64,000 bases of DNA from Gemmatimonadaceae bacterium (GCA_045803545.1 JBJMOW010000002.1:288001-352000); one strand, 5' to 3'. Shown: positions 38,567 to 52,228, counted from the stretch's first letter. Numbers and translations are program-made. The notes: generated by a model from the sequence alone, not told the origin.

Positions 38567-39556
38567 ATGGTCGCCCTCCGTATTGAAGTTTCCGCGCAGC
38601 TCGAAAACGCGGTCGTGCGCGCGCTGAATAGCTGCTCCGTTGCGCTGCTTGCCGTGAGTGGTGGGCTCGACTCAATGGCACTTTTGTTCGCCGCGTCCAG
38701 GGTTCCGCACGCCAGCCGTAAGCGTATCGTTGTCGGCACCTTCGATCACGGCACTGGTCCAAGTGCGCGCAACGCGGCGGCGGTGGTCGCACGCGAATGT
38801 TCCCGCATCGGCCTCGAGTGCGTGACTGGCCGGGCAACGTTCGCGGGAACTCGCGAGGAGGAGTGGCGCCACGCGCGCTGGGAGTTCCTCCAGGAGCTGG
38901 CCGCACTCCGCGGCGCCAGTGTGGTTACCGCCCACACGCGGGATGACCAGGTCGAGACCGTGTTCATGCGAATTCTGCGCGAAGCGGGACCGCGCGGACT
39001 CGCCGGGCTCTACGCCGAGTCGGAAGTCGTGCGCCCATTCCTCGACACAGACCGGGCGACGCTCGAGCGCTACGTGCGCCAGCACAGCATCCGTTACGTC
39101 GAAGATCCCTCCAACAAGGATCGCCGGCATCTGCGAAATCGAGTGAGATTGGACATTCTGCCATCAATCCTCAGAAAGCATCCCACATTCGCCGAAGAGC
39201 TGCTAACGCTGGCTCGCCGGTCCGCTGAGTGGCGGCGTTCCCTTGAGGAAATCCTTCCGGCCATCGACGCAACCCCTGAGCGCGATGGGGCATTGCGGGT
39301 TAGTCGCTCGAGCCTGCGTGGATACGACGCTGACTCACTGCGCGTCCTCTGGCCCGCGCTGGCGGCGCGCGCAAGTGTCGTGATGGACCGCCGCGGAACC
39401 CACCGCGCGGCGGAGTTTACAATGAAGGGAGCAACGGGAGGCGCAATTCAGCTCTCTGGCGGAGTGGAAATCGTGATGTCACGTGAGCACATGCTGCTCC
39501 GACGCGCGGCCCACATTGGGCGGGTGCGGACCGCGTCGCGGGAAACGCGCGCGTGA
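38567..39556 (+). CDS. tilS: tRNA(Ile)-lysidine synthetase
   Basis: AVSGGLDSM, FDHG, TAHTRDDQVET, RPFL, EDPSN..RNRVR; tilS-hpt-ftsH synteny. Confidence 0.92.
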   Translation: MVALRIEVSAQLENAVVRALNSCSVALLAVSGGLDSMALLFAASRVPHASRKRIVVGTFDHGTGPSARNAAAVVARECSRIGLECVTGRATFAGTREEEWRHARWEFLQELAALRGASVVTAHTRDDQVETVFMRILREAGPRGLAGLYAESEVVRPFLDTDRATLERYVRQHSIRYVEDPSNKDRRHLRNRVRLDILPSILRKHPTFAEELLTLARRSAEWRRSLEEILPAIDATPERDGALRVSRSSLRGYDADSLRVLWPALAARASVVMDRRGTHRAAEFTMKGATGGAIQLSGGVEIVMSREHMLLRRAAHIGRVRTASRETRA

Positions 39557-40115
39557 CTAGCAGTCTACGTCCGAAGACTGCTGATCCACGCCTCTCCGGT
39601 CGAGCTGTAAAACGTATTGCCTTCGATGAGGATGCGATTGCGCGTCGGGTTGCAGAGCTCGGCGGCGAAATTACAAGCGCTTATACCGACGGCGATCTTT
39701 TGGTTCTGGGCTTGCTGAAAGGAAGCTTCATTTTTCTCAGCGATCTAGTACGTCAGATCAGTCGTCCACTTCAGGTCGATTTTCTCGTCGCCTCGAGTTA
39801 CGGAGATGGGACGGTTTCCAGCGGCACCGTGAACCTCGTTTACGACCCCGAAACACGCCTGGAGGGCAAGGACATACTCCTGGTAGAGGATATCGTTGAT
39901 TCGGGCCGCACTTTGAATCGTCTCATGACTATACTGCAGGAAAGGAAGCCGAGGTCGCTGGAAATCTGTGCCCTGCTTCATAAACGCATTGCAAAGGACC
40001 TGGCGTACAACACGAAGTTCGTTGGTTTTGATGCTCCGAATGAATTTCTGGTTGGATACGGGCTTGATCACGCGGAGAATTTCCGCCATTTGCCGTACAT
40101 AGCGAGTTTGCAGTA

Positions 40116-40116
<1 letters not shown>
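39553..40116 (+). CDS. hpt: hypoxanthine phosphoribosyltransferase
   Basis: GLLKGSFIF, SSYG, LLVEDIVDSGRTL, FLVGYGLD. Confidence 0.96.
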
Positions 40117-42100
<1,984 letters not shown>

Positions 42101-42104
<4 letters not shown>

Positions 42105-43009
42105 TGTTCACCTGGCCGTCAAAATCTCAGCGGCCAATGATTTTCGGAATTCTCAACGTTACCCCCGACAGCTTTAGCGACGGGGGTAATTTTGCTTCTA
42201 CGGAATCTGCGCTGGCTCAAGCGGATCGCATGATCTCCGAAGGCGCTGACGCCGTCGACATCGGCGGCGAGTCGACCCGCCCTGGCGCGAAGCCGGTTCC
42301 CGCGCGCGATGAAATGAAACGCGTGCTGCCCGTCATCCGCGGCATTCGATCACGTTGGGGCGACATTCCGATTTCGGTTGACACGGTTAAGGCCGAAGTC
42401 GCCAAGGCCGCTCTCGCCGAGGGCGCGTCGATCGTCAACGACGTCTCGGGCATGTCGCTCGATCCGGCGATGGCATCGGTATGCGCGGAAGCCGGCTGCA
42501 ACGTGGTGCTGATGCACTCACGCGGTACAGTTGCCGACATGGCAAGCTATGAGAACGCGGTCTATGGCGACGATCCGGTGGGCGAAATCATTTCCGAGCT
42601 CGACGAAGCGGTTCAGCTGGCTCAGAACGCCGGCATTCATCCGGCGCGAATTGCGGTCGATCCCGGGATCGGTTTCTCCAAGAAAACGGGGCACTCATTG
42701 GCTGTGCTTGTGGAGCTGCAGCGAATCGTCGCGCTCGGTTTTCCGGTCTTTGTCGGCGCGTCACGCAAGCGTGTCATCGCCGAGTTGATCCGGTACACCA
42801 CTGTAACGGGGAGTCCATCATCGGGGACCACGCTCGCGCCACAGACGATCTCTCATGACGATCGGGATATGACGACGGTTGGTGTCAACGTCGTCGCATT
42901 CTACTCCGGGGCGCGCGCCTTCCGTGTACATCGGGTACGACCGAACCGTTTAGCACTGGACGCGGCGTGGGCTCTGACCCCCGAAGAATCAGAGCTCTAC
43001 GCCCGCTAG
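42101..43009 (+). CDS. folP: dihydropteroate synthase
   Basis: GILNVTPDSFSDGG, DIGGESTRPG, SVDT, DPGIGF, GASRK, RVH. Confidence 0.96.
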
Positions 43010-43665
43010 CCAACCGCGAGCGGGGGCGTCGTCTCCAGGATAATCTTCTTCCGCGCCAGCACCCAGATCACCAGCCAGGTTGCGACGATATCGATCAGGA
43101 CTATGGTGGGTAGCCTTGCCGGGTTGGAAGCGAGACTGGCGAACGATCCGTGGGGCGGAAACATCAACGGCAAGTTGATGAGATTGAATACGACGATTCC
43201 GATCAACAAGCCGCGCGATCCGCCAAAGAGCCGCCAGCATCCGATGCAGAACAGCAACTCCACGACGAAATCGAGTAGCGGAATTGCCTGAAGGTTGAGG
43301 CCGATGCGCGGGCCCCATGCCATCGGCAGCAGCGCGATGTTCGGCTCGTGATGGATGATGTCGAGCACGATGTGCGAGAACACTCCCAGTGCGACTGCCG
43401 TTCCAACGGTCGTGCGGCGGCCGGCGCGCCCGAACGCAACGGCGAGCCCGGCCAGTATGAGGCCCGTGCCGATCGAGTGCGAATAGGGAATGAAATCGAG
43501 GTGTACGGCGTTCGGCGTAATCTGGGCGTGCTCGATTCCGAGGTAGCTGAACAAGACCCACAGCAGCTCAATGAACTGCACCGAGATGAGCAACGGCCAG
43601 AGTCCCACGCGAGGGTACCGTCGTTTGATCACTAGCGCTGTTGAGGCGTGCGCGATGACGTACGT
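43006..43665 (-). CDS. membrane protein of the metal-dependent hydrolase (YdjM/DUF457-like) type; apparent ACG start
   Basis: PYSHS and SHIVLDIIHH motifs, several TM helices. The frame extends from GTG 43632 to ACG 43665, which has GGAGG 5 nt upstream. Confidence 0.75.
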   Translation of the reverse strand, partial: TYVIAHASTALVIKRRYPRVGLWPLLISVQFIELLWVLFSYLGIEHAQITPNAVHLDFIPYSHSIGTGLILAGLAVAFGRAGRRTTVGTAVALGVFSHIVLDIIHHEPNIALLPMAWGPRIGLNLQAIPLLDFVVELLFCIGCWRLFGGSRGLLIGIVVFNLINLPLMFPPHGSFASLASNPARLPTIVLIDIVATWLVIWVLARKKIILETTPPLAVG

Positions 43666-43729
43666 TGTTTCCTCCGGTCTTTTCCTGGCGTCAGTTAGTG
43701 CGCTGATTCGAGAATCTTGAGTTGCTGAT

Positions 43730-45397
43730 GTGTCGGCAACTCCCAGGCCTCTGATTAATTTTGACTCGCCACTCTACCTCGAGGCTCATCCGATAAGACG
43801 GTTTCCTTCGCCGGGTTGGACGACCGCCGTGCTGCTGTTGTTCGTCTACATGCTCACCCTTGCACCCAGCGTCACGCTGTGGGACTCGGGTGAGTTTCTA
43901 GCGGCAATCCATTCGCTCGGCATTCCGCATCCACCGGGGACGCCGCTTTACGTGCTGGTTGGAAAGGTCTGGAGCCTGGTCTTCGGCTCGGTGTTCGGGT
44001 TTGCCCGAGCGGTCAATCTCTTAAGCGCCGTATCGACTGCCTTTGGCTGTGGGATTCTTACCAGCCTCTTCGCGCGCTGGAGCGAGGATGGCGTTGCTTC
44101 AATTGCCGCGGGACTCACCGCCGGCTTGATGTCGACGCTTTGGATGAATGCGACCGAGACCGAGGTGTACGCGGTCGCATTCCTTTTCGGTTGCATCATT
44201 CTCTGGGCGGCCGATCGCGCAGGAATCAATTCCGACGCCCGCTGGGCGCTGTTGTCCGCGTACCTTGCCGGCCTTGCCTGGTCACTCCATCTAACCGCGC
44301 TGCTGGTGGTGCCAAGCGCGGTCTTGTTGGTGTTCAGCACCAGTGACGGCTACTTCGCAGTGCCCGTTGGCAGGCGCTACGCCGACGGGCGCCGCGAGTC
44401 GCATTCGTTCGCGAAGCTGTTGCGCGCCGCCGCAGTGCTCGTTGTGATCGGAATGTCGTGCGTGCTCTTTCTATACATTCGCGCCGCGCACGATCCGGCG
44501 ATCAATCAGGGGAATCCGTCAACGATCGGCCGTTTTTTTGACGTTTTGATGCGGCGGCAATACGCGGTACCGTCGCTGTGGCCGCGACAGGCGCCGGTCT
44601 ATCTGCAATTCGGAAATCTCGTCGAGTATGCCGACTGGCAATTCGCGAAGGCGCTTTCTCCGGAAGCGCCACCGAGCTGGTGGAGAACGCCGATTACGAT
44701 TCTCTATGTGCTCGTCGGTCTGTTCGGCTCCTTCGCTCATCGCAGCGTCGATCGGCGTAGCTGGCGGGCGATCTTGTTGCTGTTGATCGTCACTACGATC
44801 GGCGTGGTGATCTACCTCAATCTCAAGGCGGGACCGTCATTCGGCTCAGGCATCCTTCCGCCGAATGCACAGCATGAAGCACGAGAGCGTGACTACTTCT
44901 TCTTCTGGGCATTCGTGGCCTGGGGAGTTTGGGCTGGCTTCGGCGCGGTGGTCCTCGCGCGCAAGTTGATGTTTCCGCTCAACGCGCTGGTTGCCATCAT
45001 GCCGCTCGTTCCGGCGTTTCTCAACTGGACTGCCGTCGACCGCCGCACGGACCCGGTCGAAGAAAAGGCGCGCATCGATGAGCAGGACATCCTGGCGCGA
45101 GTACCGCCTTCGGGCGTGCTGTTATCGCTTGGCGACAACGACACTTATCCAATCTGGTATCTGCAGCAGGTCGAGGGGACCAGGCGTGACGTGACGGTGG
45201 TCACCGTTCCTCTGCTCCCGGCGAAATGGTACCGCGAGGAATTGGCGCGACGTTACAAACTTCTCGACTCAACAGCTGTCAAATCCTGGCTCGGCAGCGA
45301 CAGTACCGTGGCAATGCTGACGCGGCGCTCCTACGATCAGAACCGTCCCGTCATTCGCTCGCCGTTCTTCGCGCTTGATTCTGCGAAGAAGAAGTGA
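43730..45397 (+). CDS. DUF2723 (TMEM260-like, GT-C fold) membrane glycosyltransferase
   Basis: YMLTLAPSVTLWDSGEF, LGIPHPPGTPLY, ATETEVYA, HEARERDYFF, GDNDTYPIWYLQQVEG.RRDV. Confidence 0.9.
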   Translation: MSATPRPLINFDSPLYLEAHPIRRFPSPGWTTAVLLLFVYMLTLAPSVTLWDSGEFLAAIHSLGIPHPPGTPLYVLVGKVWSLVFGSVFGFARAVNLLSAVSTAFGCGILTSLFARWSEDGVASIAAGLTAGLMSTLWMNATETEVYAVAFLFGCIILWAADRAGINSDARWALLSAYLAGLAWSLHLTALLVVPSAVLLVFSTSDGYFAVPVGRRYADGRRESHSFAKLLRAAAVLVVIGMSCVLFLYIRAAHDPAINQGNPSTIGRFFDVLMRRQYAVPSLWPRQAPVYLQFGNLVEYADWQFAKALSPEAPPSWWRTPITILYVLVGLFGSFAHRSVDRRSWRAILLLLIVTTIGVVIYLNLKAGPSFGSGILPPNAQHEARERDYFFFWAFVAWGVWAGFGAVVLARKLMFPLNALVAIMPLVPAFLNWTAVDRRTDPVEEKARIDEQDILARVPPSGVLLSLGDNDTYPIWYLQQVEGTRRDVTVVTVPLLPAKWYREELARRYKLLDSTAVKSWLGSDSTVAMLTRRSYDQNRPVIRSPFFALDSAKKK

Positions 45398-45401
45398 GCT
45401 G

Positions 45402-46490
45402 TTACTGGATGGTGAGAGTGTACGCGCCTGTGGTTGCGCTACTCGTCGTCCGTGCCTTGACGTAGAAGTAGCCGAGGTTGCTGGCTGTGTAAGTGAGCGC
45501 CGCGTTCTTCGTCGTTCCATCCGCATCGTCATTCGCGGCCACCAGCGTCCCGCCAGTCCGGATCTCGTAGAACTCCAGATACGGATCGAGCGAGGTTGAC
45601 GTCATCGTCACCGCCACCGTCTGGCCGGTGTTGAGGAAGATGATGTAGTCGTCGGAAAGGAATCCGCTCTGATTGCAGTCGGTAGGTTGCAGAGATTGCT
45701 CGGTCGTGATACCAGGTACGGCGAAGACATCTTCGCAGTTCGTGACCGGATTCGTCGTCGTGGCGGATGTGAGGCTGTACAACCCCATCTCGCGCGCATT
45801 CAATGAGTTGGCCCCGACCAGGAAACTTCCGGCTGGCAGTATTGCTTTGATGGTGGAGTTGTGTGTGGTGCTACCGGAATTGTCGTTTTGCGCGATAACG
45901 TGGTAGTCGGTGGTCAGCAGCAGCAAATAGCTGTCGACCTGTGTCGAGCTCTGGTTGAACAGATAGGTGTTGGTGCCGGGTATCGTAGTCAGCCAGAAAT
46001 CGACGAAGCTCCCATCTGAGACCTGGCAATCGGCAAGACCCAGTCGTCCATCGCTGTTCGCTCCAACCGTGTAGGCGGGAGTCACTTTGCAGGGATCGCC
46101 GGCGTTCGCGGTGAACGTAATCGCGGGCAATCCCACAACAGTCGCATCGACGGTGTTGGTCGATGCGGTCTGTCCGAGAACCCAGGTTCCCACGGTCGCG
46201 ACACCGTCAGTGCCGCTGATAACCGTAGCACCGGACACTGAGCCATCGCCGCTGGTGACGGTGAAGACGACGTTCGCACCGGCCATCGGGTTGCCGCTCT
46301 CGTCTTTCACAATCACCGACGGACGCTCGAGTGTAGCCTGGCCCGCCGGTCCGGTTATGGTGAGGGAAGAATTGGCCTCAAGTGACGTCGGCGTGTGCTT
46401 GGGCCCCGACGCGTCGCCACCACATCCGACCTGAAGCGCCAGCAAAGCTGGTACGGCAAGGCGCGTCGCGCCGACTGGGAAGCGAATCAT
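45402..46490 (-). CDS. Ser/Thr-rich lipoprotein with a Big_1-like Ig domain and two PPC-like domains
   Basis: Lipobox QVGC; VKDESGNPMAGANVVFTVTSG..TDGVA; repeated DSYLLL..AQNDN and DPYLEF..AANDD. Confidence 0.85.
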   Translation of the reverse strand: MIRFPVGATRLAVPALLALQVGCGGDASGPKHTPTSLEANSSLTITGPAGQATLERPSVIVKDESGNPMAGANVVFTVTSGDGSVSGATVISGTDGVATVGTWVLGQTASTNTVDATVVGLPAITFTANAGDPCKVTPAYTVGANSDGRLGLADCQVSDGSFVDFWLTTIPGTNTYLFNQSSTQVDSYLLLLTTDYHVIAQNDNSGSTTHNSTIKAILPAGSFLVGANSLNAREMGLYSLTSATTTNPVTNCEDVFAVPGITTEQSLQPTDCNQSGFLSDDYIIFLNTGQTVAVTMTSTSLDPYLEFYEIRTGGTLVAANDDADGTTKNAALTYTASNLGYFYVKARTTSSATTGAYTLTIQ

Positions 46491-46555
46491 CAGGCCAATT
46501 TCTCCTTCGTGAACAGCAGGTCAATGCCGTTCACGCGGGGATACATGCCGTTCAG

Positions 46556-48058
<1,503 letters not shown>

Positions 48059-48077
48059 TGAGTGTCGGGGCTGATTG

Positions 48078-49076
48078 CTACGCTGACTTCATGAGTGGTG
48101 CCTGTTCAGATTTCTTGCGTTTCCCGCTTTTTGCCACCGCTGCGGTTCGTGTCGCGGAGGCAGTGAAGAGAAGAGGGCCTTTCGCTTCCGGGTCGGCCGG
48201 CAACGGATGATAACGGAAGTGCTCGAGTCCAGCGTCTGTCAGCCACTCGCCGAGCACCGCGCGGTCAAATCCCTGCCAGACGTGTCCCATTGTCTGACGC
48301 AGGTCCTGCCGCTCGTGCGGCATCATGTCCAACACAACGAGACGGCCGTGCGGCTTGAGAACTCGTACTGCTTCGTCGATGACGCGCTGCGGATCCGCAG
48401 CGTAGTGCAACACCAGAAAAAGCAACGCTACGTTTACTTCCCCGTCGGCGAGCGGCAGCGACTCCAGTCTGCCATTTCGGATGTCGACGTTTTCCAGGCC
48501 GGTGAGGCGCTTGCGCGCAGCGGTCAACATTGCGCTTGATTCGTCTACTGCCACGACGCGCTCCACGAACGGCGCGATGGCATGAGTCACCGCGCCGGTG
48601 CCGCAACCGAGATCCGCAACAACCCACGACTCATCGAGCAGGCCGAGTAGCGCGACATCGGCGCGCCGGCCGAACAGCTCCTGGCGCATCCGATCCCACT
48701 GTCCTGCCGAAGTGGAGAAGAACTGCTGCGACCGGCTGCTGCGCTCGGACAAGACGGCTTGCATCCGACGTGCGTCCTGCTCGGCCGCGTTCGAATGCGA
48801 AATCTCCTCACGTACGATCTGCCACATCCGCCGTGTAGCGGTGTCGAGTGAATCCGTGGCGATCCGGTAGAAGCGGCTCGTTCCTTCAGCGCGCGCGTCG
48901 AGCCATCCCTCCGAACTGAGGAGCTTGAGGTGACGGCTCACCGTAGACTGCGGAAGCTGAAGGATCGAAGTGAGCTCATTGACTGTCAGCTCATTCCGCT
49001 CGACGGCGAGAAGCAGCCGGCTCCTCGTCGAGTCGGCGAGTGCATTCATCTGACCGAAAAGTCCCGGTGCGCTCAT
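48078..49076 (-). CDS. sahR: ArsR-HTH / SAM-binding methyltransferase-like regulator (SahR type)
   Basis: [16 protein letters not shown] plus DLGCGTG domain; directly upstream of ahcY. Confidence 0.88.
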   Translation of the reverse strand: MSAPGLFGQMNALADSTRSRLLLAVERNELTVNELTSILQLPQSTVSRHLKLLSSEGWLDARAEGTSRFYRIATDSLDTATRRMWQIVREEISHSNAAEQDARRMQAVLSERSSRSQQFFSTSAGQWDRMRQELFGRRADVALLGLLDESWVVADLGCGTGAVTHAIAPFVERVVAVDESSAMLTAARKRLTGLENVDIRNGRLESLPLADGEVNVALLFLVLHYAADPQRVIDEAVRVLKPHGRLVVLDMMPHERQDLRQTMGHVWQGFDRAVLGEWLTDAGLEHFRYHPLPADPEAKGPLLFTASATRTAAVAKSGKRKKSEQAPLMKSA

Positions 49077-49083
49077 TCGATGT

Positions 49084-49131
49084 ATCCGTTCATCCGGATT
49101 GAATGATATAACACTAGGCTCGGCAGGTCAA
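49084..49131 (-). promoter_or_regulatory. sigma70 promoter and palindromic operator of sahR-ahcY
   Basis: TTGACC(49131-49126)-N17-TATCAT(49108-49103); ATCCG-N6-CGGAT at 49084-49099 covers the predicted TSS. Confidence 0.7.
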
Positions 49132-49181
49132 GGAGTTTTTAGGCGCTTGGCTTACCCGGGTAGACCTGCGATCATTGGCGG

Positions 49182-49394
49182 ATGAACTATGAGAAGAGCC
49201 TTCGCCGCCTTGACGAAATCGCCGCCAGTCTCGAGAACGAGCAGATCGGGCTCGACGAGTCTCTCAAGCTATTCGAGGAAGGAATCGAACTACTGAGATC
49301 TGCCTCCGCGCAGTTGGATAAAGCGGAGACTAAAGTGCAGATGCTGATCGAAAGATCCGAAGGCGGCTTCGAGTTGAAGGAGATGGATCTCTAG
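49182..49394 (+). CDS. xseB: exodeoxyribonuclease VII small subunit
   Basis: YEKSLRRLDEI..LE..LDESLKLFEEG..L..AE.KV; upstream of ispA. Confidence 0.93.
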   Translation: MNYEKSLRRLDEIAASLENEQIGLDESLKLFEEGIELLRSASAQLDKAETKVQMLIERSEGGFELKEMDL

Positions 49395-49398
49395 GGAA

Positions 49399-50283
49399 GT
49401 GGAGAGTCATCTCGACGCCGATCGCCACCGCATCGAGGGGCGCCTCGAAGAAATCGGCGATCGCTTCCTGGCAGATCTGCCGGGCGATGTCGCGGCCGCG
49501 ATTCGATATGGTTTGCAAAGTCCCGGTAAGCGGCTTCGCCCGTTGCTCTCACTGTGCGGATATCGCGCCGTCGGTGGTGCTGACGATGCTTCGCTGCTCG
49601 CCTGCGCGCCGGAGGTGATCCACGCGTACTCATTAATGCACGACGATTTGCCCTGCATGGATGATGACGACATGAGACGCGGACGGCCGACCGTGCACAA
49701 GGTGTACGGATCGCGCACCGCGATTCTCGCCGGGGTGGCAATGATCCCGCTTTCGGTGCAGGTAGTCCGTGACGGCGCGACGGCAATGGGACTTCCCGTT
49801 AGCGTGATCTCATCACTCACTGAAACGTTGCTGGCGGCCGGCGGCGACGCCGGGATGATCGGTGGTCAGGTGCGCGATCTCGAGGGAGAAGGGTCTGGAT
49901 TGTCACTCGATGAATTGCAGGCCGTTCATCTTGCCAAAACCGGCGCGCTGATCGTTGCGTCAGTGCGAATGGGCGCAATCGCCGGCGGTGGTACGCACTC
50001 GCAGCTGGATGCGATCTCGCATTATGGTCGCGACATCGGTCTCGCTTTTCAAATAATGGACGACGTTCTGGACGTCACCTCCACGACCAGCGTGTTGGGC
50101 AAGACCAGCGGCCGCGACGCAGTACTGCGAAAGAGCACTTATCCCGCGCTCCTTGGCGTAGAGGGAGCGCAACAACGCGCGACGGACCTGGTTACCGACG
50201 GCCTTGACCGTCTCGCCAGCGAAGGAATCCTCACGCAAGAGCTGTCACAAGTCGCTAATTTCATGGTAACTCGCACCTCCTGA
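49399..50283 (+). CDS. ispA: polyprenyl (farnesyl/geranylgeranyl) diphosphate synthase
   Basis: GKRLRP, HAYSLMHDDLPCMDDDDMRRGRPT, KTGAL, FQIMDDVLD, KSTYP. Confidence 0.93.
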   Translation: MESHLDADRHRIEGRLEEIGDRFLADLPGDVAAAIRYGLQSPGKRLRPLLSLCGYRAVGGADDASLLACAPEVIHAYSLMHDDLPCMDDDDMRRGRPTVHKVYGSRTAILAGVAMIPLSVQVVRDGATAMGLPVSVISSLTETLLAAGGDAGMIGGQVRDLEGEGSGLSLDELQAVHLAKTGALIVASVRMGAIAGGGTHSQLDAISHYGRDIGLAFQIMDDVLDVTSTTSVLGKTSGRDAVLRKSTYPALLGVEGAQQRATDLVTDGLDRLASEGILTQELSQVANFMVTRTS

Positions 50284-50293
50284 AAACCTGTAC

Positions 50294-52228
50294 ATGTCAA
50301 TCCTCGAACGGGTCCATTCTCCTGCCGATTTGAAGCCGATGTCGCGCGATGAGCTGCGCGCCGTCTCGGAGGAAATGCGGACGCGTTTGATTGAGATCTG
50401 CTCGCGGACCGGTGGGCACATTGGAGCCGGGTTGGGTGTCGTCGAGCTCACGGTCGCCCTCCACGCCGTGTTCGATACGCCGCGCGACAGGATTGTCTGG
50501 GACGTCGGCCATCAAGGCTACCCGCACAAATTCCTGACGGGCCGGGCGGAGCGTATGGAGACCCTGCGACAGGAGGATGGGCTCTCGGGATTCCTCAAAC
50601 GCGCGGAAAGCGAGTACGATGCATTCGGAGCTGGTCACGCCGGAACAGCAATATCCGCTGGCTACGGAATGGCGGTTGCGCGTGATATAAATGGGCAGGA
50701 TTTCAAGGTCGTCTCGATACTCGGCGACGGTGCGCTGACCTGCGGGTTGGCGTACGAGGGTCTCAACAACGCCGGCGCGTCGGATCGGGACTTCATCGTC
50801 ATCCTCAACGACAACGAGATGTCGATCGCGCCGAACGTAGGCGCGATGTCCAAGTATCTCACTTCGATTCAAAGCAATCCGCTGTACAACCGCGTTCGCT
50901 CGGCGATCGGCAGCGTGGTCGATGCGGCGCCCGGTCCGCTGTCCGGTGTGGCGACGTTGGTAAGGAAGTGGGAGGAGAGCATGAAGTCTTTTCTCACCCC
51001 TGGCGTGTTGTTCGAGGAGCTGGGCTTTCGCTACTTTGGCCCGATCGACGGCCACGACATCGACCAATTGGTCGACACGCTGTCTGCGGTGCGCGAGATG
51101 GCGGGCCCGCGACTGATCCATTGCATCACGCAGAAGGGGAAAGGATTTCCGGCTGGAGAACATCTCGAGAAATGGCATGCACTTCCGCCGGGGCACGATC
51201 CTGCAACCGGTAAGCAGCGAAAAGTTTCCTCGGCAAATGCCGCGTACACCGCCGTGTTCGGTCAGGCGCTCAGTGAGCTGGCGACTGAGAATCCGAAAGT
51301 TGTCGCCATCACCGGTGCGATGCCGAGCGGGACCGGAACGGCACCATTCGCAAAGGCGCATCCCAATCGATTTTTCGATGTCGGGATCGCAGAAGGACAC
51401 GCAGTGACGTTTGCCGCGGGCCTGGCGACTGAAGGAATCCGACCGGTTTGCGCGATATACTCCACCTTCCTGCAACGCGGCTACGACAACGTCATCCACG
51501 ACGTCGCGATTCAGCACCTGCCCGTGATATTCGCAATGGACCGCGCTGGCGTCGTCGGTGAAGACGGCCCGACCCACATGGGCCTCTACGACATCGCTTA
51601 CATGCTGGCGGTGCCCGGGATGGTGGTAACCGCCCCGAAAAACGGCAAAGAGATGGTTGGGTTGCTGCGCAGCGGTCTGGCGTACAAAGACGGTCCGTTC
51701 TGTCTACGTTACCCGCGTGATGCAGCGCCCGACATTGTTCCTCCCGCTGCTGAAGTCGAGGCGATTCCCCACGCATCCTGGGAAGTGCTGCGACGGGGAA
51801 ATTCCGCCGGTCGTGACGCACGCCAACCGGTCGCCATTCTTGCTGTGGGAACTATGGTTCTGCCATCGCTGGCCGCAGCCGACATTCTCGCCGAATCCGG
51901 AACGACGGTCACCGTCGTCAACTGCCGCTACCTGAAGCCGCACGACACCAGAGTTCTCTCCGAAGTGATCGCGAGCCACTTGAACGTTCTGGTGGTGGAG
52001 GAGGGAAGCGTTGTCAACGGTTTTGGCGCGCACATGGCAGCGCTGATCGGTGAGCTCGATCCCGCAGTCCGGGTAGCGACGCACGGCGTTCCCGATGAAT
52101 TCATCGACCAGGCGCCGCGCGCAACGCAGCTGGCGCGCATCGGACTCGATTCACACGGCATCGCACGGCGCGCGACCGAGGCGTTTGGACTGGACAGCGC
52201 TCGGGGCGCTCAACTCCGCGCTGTTTGA
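50294..52228 (+). CDS. dxs: 1-deoxy-D-xylulose-5-phosphate synthase
   Basis: GGHIGAGLGVVELTVALH, WDVGHQGY, GDGAL..GL, LNDNEMSI, IAEGHAV, DRAGVVGEDGPTH. Confidence 0.97.
   Translation: MSILERVHSPADLKPMSRDELRAVSEEMRTRLIEICSRTGGHIGAGLGVVELTVALHAVFDTPRDRIVWDVGHQGYPHKFLTGRAERMETLRQEDGLSGFLKRAESEYDAFGAGHAGTAISAGYGMAVARDINGQDFKVVSILGDGALTCGLAYEGLNNAGASDRDFIVILNDNEMSIAPNVGAMSKYLTSIQSNPLYNRVRSAIGSVVDAAPGPLSGVATLVRKWEESMKSFLTPGVLFEELGFRYFGPIDGHDIDQLVDTLSAVREMAGPRLIHCITQKGKGFPAGEHLEKWHALPPGHDPATGKQRKVSSANAAYTAVFGQALSELATENPKVVAITGAMPSGTGTAPFAKAHPNRFFDVGIAEGHAVTFAAGLATEGIRPVCAIYSTFLQRGYDNVIHDVAIQHLPVIFAMDRAGVVGEDGPTHMGLYDIAYMLAVPGMVVTAPKNGKEMVGLLRSGLAYKDGPFCLRYPRDAAPDIVPPAAEVEAIPHASWEVLRRGNSAGRDARQPVAILAVGTMVLPSLAAADILAESGTTVTVVNCRYLKPHDTRVLSEVIASHLNVLVVEEGSVVNGFGAHMAALIGELDPAVRVATHGVPDEFIDQAPRATQLARIGLDSHGIARRATEAFGLDSARGAQLRAV

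Noticed and set aside
50297..51577. Long antisense ORFs (426 aa opposite dxs; also 30612-31625, 40068-40997, 14479-15348, 52267-53085)
   Set aside because: Shadow ORFs expected from high-GC codon bias opposite well-conserved genes; no motifs
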